Positions 56,520 through 64,000 of a DNA stretch of 64,000 nucleotides are shown in pieces (positions within the stretch are counted from its first letter, which is position 1; the number at the start of each line of letters is the position of its first letter). A program made the translations under genes and the position numbers. Origin of the DNA: Acidobacteriota bacterium (GTDB taxonomy: Bacteria; Acidobacteriota; UBA890; WLXD01); contig CBDBHB010000008.1 in assembly GCA_965205505.1 (NCBI GenBank), positions 416,001 through 480,000 on the forward strand, in the 5' to 3' direction. A model generated the notes under the pieces. The model searched no databases, was not told the DNA's origin, and worked only from the letters and a program-made list of their open reading frames with translations.

Positions 56520-57616
56520 GCCGAACGCTCCTGACGGTGATCACAACGCTATGCGTGGCCGGCTGCGCCGCCGAGGAGCCGCCGGCCGAGGCGGTATTGC
56601 GACCGGTACGCTCGCAAGCGGTCGAGCCGGCCGGGACAGCACGCGAGCGCATCTTCTCGGGCGTGGCCGTCGCGAGCATCGAATCGCAGCTCAGCTTTCG
56701 GGTAGGCGGCACCGTGACACGCGTCGCCGTCGAGGTGGGCGACCGTGTACGGGCCGGTCAGATAATCGCCGAGCTCGACCCCACCGACCTGCAGCTGGAG
56801 CTGGAGAGCTCGCAGGCGGCACTCGATCAGGCGCAGGCGAGCCGGCGCAACGCCGACGCGAACTTCGACCGCGCCCGTGAGCTATACGAAAACAACAACG
56901 CCTCGCAGAACGAGTACGACGCCGCACGCGCGCAGGCCGAATCGGCGACGGCCGGCGTAGATTCGGCGCAGAAACAGCTGCAGCTGGCAAGGCTGCGGCT
57001 CGGCTACGCGACGTTGCGCGCGTCGATTGCCGGGGCGATCGCCGCGGTCGACGTCGACGCGAACGAGAACGTCAGTGCCGGCTCGGTAGTGGCAATGCTG
57101 ACCTCCGGATCGCAGCCGGAGGTACGCGTCGCCATTCCGGAGAACCTAATCAGTCGCGTCGAGCGCGGCAGCCGTGTGGACGTGGAGTTCGACGCGCTCC
57201 CCGGGCGCCGCCTCACCGCCACGGTGACCGAGGTCGGAGTAGCTGCCTTGGGCACGGCGACCACCTTCCCGGTAACTGCGCGCCTCGACGTCGACGTACC
57301 GGAGGTGCGCTCGGGGATGGCTGCCGAGGTGCGCTTCCGCTTTGGTGAGGACGGCAGCGCAGACACCCTCCTGGTGCCGCTGGTGGCGGTCGGCGAGGAC
57401 CGTCAGGGTCGCTTCGTGTTCGTGCTGGAGGCCAGCGGCGAGGGACGCGGCTTGGTGCGGCGGCGCCAGGTAACCCTCGGCGAGATTCGTGGCACCGGCG
57501 TGGAGGTCTTGTCGGGTCTGCGCGCCGGCGAGCGCATCGTCACCGCCGGCCTGCGGCGGCTCACCGACGGCCAAGAAGTGCGGCTCGCCGACACCCGACT
57601 CGGAGAGGCAGGGTAG
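56516..57616 (+). CDS. RND efflux periplasmic adaptor (lipoprotein)
   Basis: 'VAGC' lipobox, 'LSFRVGGTV', 'LRASIAG', 'RSGMAAEV'. Confidence 0.93.
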   Translation: MSRTLLTVITTLCVAGCAAEEPPAEAVLRPVRSQAVEPAGTARERIFSGVAVASIESQLSFRVGGTVTRVAVEVGDRVRAGQIIAELDPTDLQLELESSQAALDQAQASRRNADANFDRARELYENNNASQNEYDAARAQAESATAGVDSAQKQLQLARLRLGYATLRASIAGAIAAVDVDANENVSAGSVVAMLTSGSQPEVRVAIPENLISRVERGSRVDVEFDALPGRRLTATVTEVGVAALGTATTFPVTARLDVDVPEVRSGMAAEVRFRFGEDGSADTLLVPLVAVGEDRQGRFVFVLEASGEGRGLVRRRQVTLGEIRGTGVEVLSGLRAGERIVTAGLRRLTDGQEVRLADTRLGEAG

Positions 57617-57622
57617 ATCACC

Positions 57623-60600
57623 GTGGGACTCACCGCCTGGGCCATCGACAAGTCGCGCGTCACGCTCGTTACAGCGCTGGTGGTTGCCGGCGCTGGCTAC
57701 CAGTCCTACGTGAACATGCCGCGTGCCGAGGACCCCGGCTTCGTTATCCGCGTCGCGCTGGTGATCACACGCTTTCCTGGCGCCAGCCCGGAGCGGGTTG
57801 AGCAGCTGATCACCGACAAGCTCGAGAAAGCGGTGCAGGAGATGCCCGAGCTCGACTACATCACGAGCAACTCCAAGACCGGCGTATCGGAGCTCATGGT
57901 CAATTTCAAGGAGAGCTACCGTGATATGCGGCCGATCTTCGACTCGCTGCGGCGCAAGATCGACTCGGCGCGCGGTGATCTACCCGACGGTGTCATCGGG
58001 CCGTTCGTCAACGACGAGTTCGGCGACGTATTCGGAACCATCGTCACGATCACCGGAAGCGACTTCGAGTATGCCGAGCTCAAGCTGATCGCCGACGAGG
58101 TGCGCGACGGGCTGCTGCTCGTCACCGATGTTGCGAAGGTGGAGATTTACGGCGCCCAGGACGAGCGCGTGTTCGTGGAGTACAACAACGCCCGCCTGTC
58201 GGAGATAGGCCTGTCGCCGGAACAGCTGCGCAATATTCTGGCGGCGCGCAACATCGTCTCACCGGGCGGCAACATCGACACCGGCGATGAGATCCTCGTG
58301 CTCGAGCCGTCGGGCAACTTCGAGACGATCGACGAGCTGGGTCAGACAGTGATCAACCTCCCGGGCAGTCGCGACCTGCTGCTGCTGCGCGACGTGGCGG
58401 AGATCTACCGTGGCTACGTCGACCCGCCGGAGAGCAAGGTGCGCGCATCGGGTGTGCAGGGTTTGGCGCTGGCGATCTCGATGCGTGAGGGCGGCAACAT
58501 CCTGCTGCTCGGCGAGGGCGTGCGCGCCAAGATCGACGAGCTGACGGCGTTCTACCCGATCGGCGTCGACTTCGACTACGTGCAGTTTCAGGCCGCCGAG
58601 GTGCAGACCCTGGTCGACGATTTCATCGGCAACCTGCTGCAGGCAGTGGGCATCGTCGCTGCGATAATGCTGCTGTTCCTGGGCGTGCGCACCGGGCTGG
58701 TGGTGGCCAGCCTGATTCCGGCCGCCATCCTGGCGTCGCTCACGCTGATGGGATTCTTCGCCATCGGCCTGGATCAGATGTCGATCGCTGCGCTGATCAT
58801 CTCGCTCGGTCTGCTGGTCGACAACGCCATCGTCATGTCGGAGTCGATCATGGTGGCGATGGCCGAGGGTAAGCCTCGGGTGCGGGCAGCGGTGGATTCG
58901 GCCAACGAGCTGCGCATTCCGCTGCTTACCTCGTCGCTCACCACGGCGGCAGCCTTCCTGCCGATCTACCTGGCGGAGAACGCCACCGGCGAGTACACCG
59001 CGCCACTGTTCAAGGTGGTTTCGCTCACGCTGCTGTCGTCGTGGCTCATCTCGATGACCTTGATTCCGCTGCTGTGCGTGCTCTTCCTGAAGGTCAAGCC
59101 GGCCGTCAAGGCGGCATCGCCGGATGGTTCCGGAGGGATATTCGACACGGCGTTCTATCGCTTCTACCGCCGCGCGCTGGTGCGCTCGATCCGCTGGCGC
59201 TGGGCGTCACTGGCCGCTGTGGCGGCCGTCTTCGTCGCCACGATGAGCCTCTTCGGGCTGATCCCCAACATCTTCTTCCCGCCGGGGTCACGAGCCACGC
59301 TGACCGTCGAGCTGGAGCTTCCCGCCGGCACGCCGATCGCCCGCACCGAGCAAATGGCGGAGCGCTTCGATGCGTTCATCGCCGAGGAGCTGGTCGTCGG
59401 TGCCGACCGTCCCGAAGGGGTGACCACCTGGGCGTCGTTCATCGGACGGGGAGCGCCGCGCTACGTGCTGCCGTATGGGCCCGAACAGCCGAACCCGTCG
59501 TACGCCTACTTGCTGGTCAACACGACGTCCCGACGACTGGTAGACGAGATCATGCCGCGTGTGGAGCGCTTCGGTGCCGATCACTTCCCCGACCTCAAGA
59601 TCACGGCGCGACCGATCCCGCTCGGGCCGCCGGCCTGGCCGCCGGTTGCGGTGCGGATCTCGGGCCGCAACAGCGAGGTGCTGTTCGACATCGTCGAGCA
59701 AGTCAAGGCGCGGTTGCACGAGATTCCCGGCACGAAGCTGATCGACGATGACTGGGGCGCACGCTCCAAGAAGCTCGTCGTGCAGGTCGACCAGCCGCGG
59801 GCGTTGCGCGCCGGGGTGTCGAGTCAGGACATCGCCGTCTCACTGCAGTCATTTCTGAGCGGCATCGTGACCACGGAATACCGCGAGGGCGACAAGATCA
59901 TTCCGGTCACGCTGCGCTCCGTGGCCGCGCAGCGCAACAACCTCGACCGGCTCGAGAGCCTCAATGTGTACTCGCAGAGCAGTGGGCTGTCGGTGCCGCT
60001 CAAGCAGGTCGCCGATGTGCGACTCGAATGGCAGCCGAGTACCATCCGACGGCGATCGCGGCTGCGCACCGTGACGGTGGAGGCCGGGACCGAGCCCGGC
60101 GTTACGGCCGCCGACATCAACGCGCAGCTGCAGCCCTGGCTCGACGAGCTGCAGGCCGATTGGGGGCCTGGTTACTCCTTCGAGCTCGGTGGCGAGCAGG
60201 AAAACTCCGGCGACGCCAACGCCGCCATCGGCGCCAAGCTGCCCATCGCGGCGATGATCATCGTGCTGTTGCTGGTCGGGCAGTTCAACTCGGTGCGCAA
60301 ACCCCTGATCGTGCTCATCACGATCCCCCTGGGCCTCATCGGCGTCGTGCTCGGCCTGCTTGCCACGCAGCTGTACTTCGGCTTCATGACCCTGCTCGGC
60401 ATCATCTCGCTGTCGGAAATCGTCATCAACAACGCCATCGTGCTGATCGACCGTATCAACATCGAGATCGAGACCAATGGCCTGCAGCCCGCAGCGGCGA
60501 TCATCGAGTCGGCACAGCGGCGCTTGCGACCGATCGTCATGACAACGTGCACCACCGTCGGCGGACTGCTGCCGCTGTACCTCGGCGGCGGCCCGATGTG

Positions 60601-60721
60601 GGAGCCGCTGGCGGTGGCCATCATGGGCGGGCTGATCTTCGCCACGCTCTTGACGCTGGGTGTGGTACCGATCCTCTACGCGGTGTTCTTCCGCGTGAGC
60701 CTCGCCGACTACACGGGATAA
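57623..60721 (+). CDS. RND efflux permease (AcrB/AcrD/AcrF family)
   Basis: 'PGASPERVEQLIT', 'GLLVDNAIV', 'INNAIVLID', 'RLRPIVMT'. Confidence 0.95.
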   Translation: MGLTAWAIDKSRVTLVTALVVAGAGYQSYVNMPRAEDPGFVIRVALVITRFPGASPERVEQLITDKLEKAVQEMPELDYITSNSKTGVSELMVNFKESYRDMRPIFDSLRRKIDSARGDLPDGVIGPFVNDEFGDVFGTIVTITGSDFEYAELKLIADEVRDGLLLVTDVAKVEIYGAQDERVFVEYNNARLSEIGLSPEQLRNILAARNIVSPGGNIDTGDEILVLEPSGNFETIDELGQTVINLPGSRDLLLLRDVAEIYRGYVDPPESKVRASGVQGLALAISMREGGNILLLGEGVRAKIDELTAFYPIGVDFDYVQFQAAEVQTLVDDFIGNLLQAVGIVAAIMLLFLGVRTGLVVASLIPAAILASLTLMGFFAIGLDQMSIAALIISLGLLVDNAIVMSESIMVAMAEGKPRVRAAVDSANELRIPLLTSSLTTAAAFLPIYLAENATGEYTAPLFKVVSLTLLSSWLISMTLIPLLCVLFLKVKPAVKAASPDGSGGIFDTAFYRFYRRALVRSIRWRWASLAAVAAVFVATMSLFGLIPNIFFPPGSRATLTVELELPAGTPIARTEQMAERFDAFIAEELVVGADRPEGVTTWASFIGRGAPRYVLPYGPEQPNPSYAYLLVNTTSRRLVDEIMPRVERFGADHFPDLKITARPIPLGPPAWPPVAVRISGRNSEVLFDIVEQVKARLHEIPGTKLIDDDWGARSKKLVVQVDQPRALRAGVSSQDIAVSLQSFLSGIVTTEYREGDKIIPVTLRSVAAQRNNLDRLESLNVYSQSSGLSVPLKQVADVRLEWQPSTIRRRSRLRTVTVEAGTEPGVTAADINAQLQPWLDELQADWGPGYSFELGGEQENSGDANAAIGAKLPIAAMIIVLLLVGQFNSVRKPLIVLITIPLGLIGVVLGLLATQLYFGFMTLLGIISLSEIVINNAIVLIDRINIEIETNGLQPAAAIIESAQRRLRPIVMTTCTTVGGLLPLYLGGGPMWEPLAVAIMGGLIFATLLTLGVVPILYAVFFRVSLADYTG

Positions 60722-60801
60722 CGCTCGGCGGAATCCCCAGGCACGGGGTCGTCAGAGAGACGTAGGGGGCCGCCCAACACTTGTTGTGCCGAGCATCAAA
60801 G

Positions 60802-60839
60802 ACTACAGTGTGTTGATTGATCAATAACCACACTGTAGT
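60802..60839. promoter_or_regulatory. 38-bp near-palindrome upstream of padR (candidate operator)
   Basis: ACTACAGTGTG-ttg-ATTGATCAAT-aac-CACACTGTAGT. Confidence 0.65.
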
Positions 60840-60856
60840 TGTCGTGGAGAATCCCC

Positions 60857-61213
60857 GTGCCCAGCCATCTTGGTGAGTTCGAGCAGTTGATTCTTTTTGC
60901 CCTGCTGCGACTGGGCGAGAGCGCCTACGGTGTATCGGTGCGACAGGAGATCGAGGAGCGTGCCGGGCGACCGGTAAGCTCCGGAGCCGTATACACGGCG
61001 CTGGGTCGCCTGGAGGCGAGGAGCTTCGTCACCTCGAGACTCGGCGAGACGGCGCCGCAACGCGGCGGGCGGCGGCGCAAGTACTACAGGCTCGAGCCGG
61101 CCGGAGCAGCGGCGCTGCAACGCGCCTTCGTCAACGTGCGTGACATGTCACGCGGGCTGACTGGCCGCCTGGCAATGCTGGCGGCCACCTCCGATTCGAC
61201 CGCGGAGGACTAG
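60857..61213 (+). CDS. PadR-family regulator (Acidobacterial type)
   Basis: 'LGEFEQLIL', 'AYGVSVRQEI', 'GAVYTALGRLE', 'RGGRRRKYY'. Confidence 0.93.
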   Translation: MPSHLGEFEQLILFALLRLGESAYGVSVRQEIEERAGRPVSSGAVYTALGRLEARSFVTSRLGETAPQRGGRRRKYYRLEPAGAAALQRAFVNVRDMSRGLTGRLAMLAATSDSTAED

Positions 61214-63234
61214 TGTCCCGTAACCGAGGTTCGTTGCGTCGCACGAGACCAGCGTCGCGGCTGGTACGACTGTTGTTCCGACTCCTGGTGCGTGCTGACG
61301 CCAGAGAGTTCATCCTCGGCGATATCGAGGAGGAGTTCCACACACTGCACCTACCGCGCCTGGGCTACCGGGCAGCGCGACGCCGCTACTGGCGCAACGC
61401 ACTGGGCTCGCTGCGCGAGGCGCACAGCCCCTACTCTCTGCCGCCCCAAAATCCCCGACGCGGAGACCTGATGGACAGCGCTACTCTGAACCTACGTTTC
61501 ACGGTGCGCTCCTGGTTCAAGCAACCAGCGGTGACGCTCACCGCGCTGCTGGCGCTGGCACTCGGGATCGGCGCCAACGCGGCGATCTTCAGCGTCGTCT
61601 ACGGGGTGTTGCTGAACCCTTTGGGCTATCCGCGGCCCAGCGAGCTGATGACCGTCTGGCTCGACAACAATCTGCAGGGTTGGCACCAGGATGTGACCTC
61701 CTGGGACAACTTCGCCGACTGGCGCGACATGAATACTACGTTCGTCGACATGGCGGCCGTTCTGCCGACCTCCGATAGCCTCACGGGCACGGGGGATCCG
61801 GAGCGGCTGAGCTCACAAGCGGTCTCGCCGACGTTCTTCGACATCCTCGCTGTGGAGCCTCGACTCGGGCGCGGCTTCGACGCCACCGACTGGGACACCG
61901 ACGAGCGCGTCGTGGTGCTCAGCGACGGTTCCTGGCGGCGGCGCTTCGCCGCCGATCCCGCGGTGCTAGGGACCTCGATCGTGCTCAATGGCATCCCCCA
62001 CACGATCGTCGGCGTGATGCCTCCAGCCTTTCAGTACATGGCCGAGAACACCGAGCACTGGCGGCTTTTGGGGCGTGACATTCAGGAAAGCGGTCGCGGC
62101 CAGCTGTTTCTGCAGGTCGTCGGGCGGCTTAAGGCCGGAGTGACTCCTGCCCAGGCCCAAGCCGACGTCGACCGAGTGGGCGCCCGGCTGGAGCAGGAGT
62201 ACCCGGAAACGAACGCCGGCTACGGTTCGAACTGCACCTACCAGTGCTCGCCGCAACGCTGGCGGCGTCTGCCGTCACCGGGTTGGTCTTCGGATTGGCG
62301 CCGGCGCTACACGCCGCTGGCACCGATCTCGGTCGGGCGCTCGGCGAGCGTGGCGGCGGCGAGGGCGGCCGCTCGGTGGGACGAGTGCGAACTGGTCTGG
62401 CGGTCGCGGAGATTGCCGTGGCACTGATATTGGTGACCGGGGCCGGGCTGCTGCTGCGCAGCTATTCGGCCCTGGTTGACAACGGCCCCGGGTTCGACGC
62501 CGAGGGAGCACTCACCTTCCGCGTCTCCTTGACCGGCCCCAACTATGAGTCGGGCGACGACGCCCGCGGCTACTTCGAGGAGGCGCTACGGCGGTTGGGA
62601 TCGCTACCTGGAGTGGACTCGGTGGCCGGCGTCAGCAGCCTGCCGCTCGGGGTCAACTACAGCTCGGGCACCTTCACCGTCGAGGGCCGCCCGCCGCAGG
62701 AGCGCTCGCAGCTGCGCGAGGTGAAGATGAACGTCGTTACCCCGGGCTACTTCCGCACCATGGGCATTCCGCTAGTGGCCGGCCGCATCTTCGATCACAA
62801 CGACACGCGCGATGCGGAGTTCGTCGTGGTGATCAACGATGCCCTCGCGCAGGCCCACTTCCCCGGAGAGGATCCGATCGGGCAGGGCTTCCTGTACGGC
62901 ATCCCGGAGTCCTATCGCTCCGACAATGATCTGGATCCCGAGCTGCCTTGGGGACGCATCATCGGCGTGGTGCGCGGCAACCGCCACCGCGGTCTGGATC
63001 AGCCGATCGAGCCGGAGGTGTTCTCGGTGTTCGATCAGGGGCCGCGGGGGGCGCTGTCGTTGGTGTTGAGGACCGAAGGCGACCCGCTGGCATTGGCTCC
63101 TGCAGCACGAAGCGAGATCTGGGCCATCGATGCCAACCAGCCGATCGCCGCCCTCGGCCCCCTCGACGAGCATGTGCAGGGCACCACTCGAGCCCGACGA
63201 TTCAACCTGATGCTGCTCGGCCTGTTCGCCGCGG
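61213..63234 (+). pseudogene. ADOP permease with an internal deletion near 62225, truncated by IS3
   Basis: 'LALGIGANAAIFSVV'; jump from 'YPETNAGYG' to 'VLAATLAAS..GLAPAL' in another frame; ends at 'LLGLFAAV'. Confidence 0.85.
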
Positions 63235-64000
63235 TGACCTGACCCCCCAAAACGGATCCAGAGGTAATCTCACGATCTGGGTCGAAAAGGGGAGGTCAGA
63301 ATGCCGACGAAGAGGCACAGCGCCGAGCAGATCGTACGCAAGCTCCGGGAGGCTGAAGTGGAGCTGGCGCAAGGCGGGACGGTCAAGGATGCCTGCCGCA
63401 AGCTAGCGATCACCGAGCACACCTACTATCGGTGGCGGCGGGAGTACGGGGGGCTGAAGGTCAACCAGGCCAGAAGGCTCAAGCAGCTGGAGAAAGAAAA
63501 CGCCCGGCTCAAGAAACTGGTGGCGGAGAAAGAGCTCGACCTGTCGATCCTGAAGGAAGTCGCGGAGGGAAACTTCTGAGCCCAGCTCGACGGCGCGAGG
63601 CGGTGGCGCATGTACGGGGGCGGCTGGGCGTCTCCGAGAGGCGGGCGTGCCGGGTACTGAAACAACCACGCACGACACACAGGTACATGCCAAGAGAACC
63701 GGGCGATGAGCAGATGTTGACGGAGCGGATCGTGGATCTAGCCCGACAATACGGGCGCTACGGGTATCGGCGAGTGACGGCGTTGTTGCGTATGGAGGGC
63801 TGGTGGGTGAACCACAAACGAGTGCAGCGTATCTGGAGGCGTGAGGGGCTGAAAGTACCGACAAAGCAGCCCAAACGAGCCCGGCTGTGGCTCAGCGATG
63901 GCTCGTGCATCCGGCTGCGACCACAGCGCAAAGATCACGTCTGGGCGTATGACTTCGTTCATCACCGGACGCACGAGGGTCGGGCTATGAGGCTGCTGAC
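63235..64000 (+). mobile_element. IS3-family element (IS407-like), partial at the window edge
   Basis: Left IR TGACCTGACCCCCC; orfA 63301-63579; GGGAAAC slippery site 63567-63573; orfB '...YGRYGYRRVT...VWAYDF'. Confidence 0.93.
63301..63579 (+). CDS. IS3 transposase OrfA
   Basis: 'HSAEQIVRKLREAE...YYRWRREYGG...LEKENARLKKLVA'. Confidence 0.93.
   Translation: MPTKRHSAEQIVRKLREAEVELAQGGTVKDACRKLAITEHTYYRWRREYGGLKVNQARRLKQLEKENARLKKLVAEKELDLSILKEVAEGNF

Noticed and set aside
4745-60765. Many long shadow ORFs (e.g. 4745-5854, 18656-19771, 22953-24254, 44526-45572, 50900-51886)
   Set aside because: Antisense or alternate frames of well-supported genes, expected at high GC, with no motifs.
1-64000. 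CRISPR array or cas genes linked to the CHAT protease
   Set aside because: No regularly spaced repeat-spacer pattern or Cas motifs seen; the 15-bp repeat at 4.2 kb is coding and has no spacers.

Overview
High-GC bacterial DNA, most likely from an Acidobacteriota genome: it has three ADOP-type ABC permeases (two next to PadR genes), an Acidobacterial VWA protein, DUF5916 proteins and Ser/Thr kinase remnants. The flanks carry transport, signalling and metabolic genes: a GGDEF/HD-GYP protein, MacAB-like and RND efflux, two ECF sigma/anti-sigma pairs (one with a CHAT protease) and frc. The middle (~24.3-49.7 kb) is a heavily decayed accessory region. It holds 3'-half tRNA-Sec and tRNA-fMet att scars, IS6/IS3 elements, spliced gene fragments, and a P4-like satellite core (integrase, AlpA, primase/DnaB-N) next to two divergent YprA/DruE-like DEAD-box helicases. 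The most striking observation is the gene coupled to the second helicase: its product ends in an Ig-like domain plus a clear eL13 (L13e)-like motif, a ribosomal protein family known from eukaryotes and some archaea. Many frameshifts and abrupt junctions mean sequencing or assembly error cannot be excluded. All assignments come from motif recognition by eye; no searches were run.
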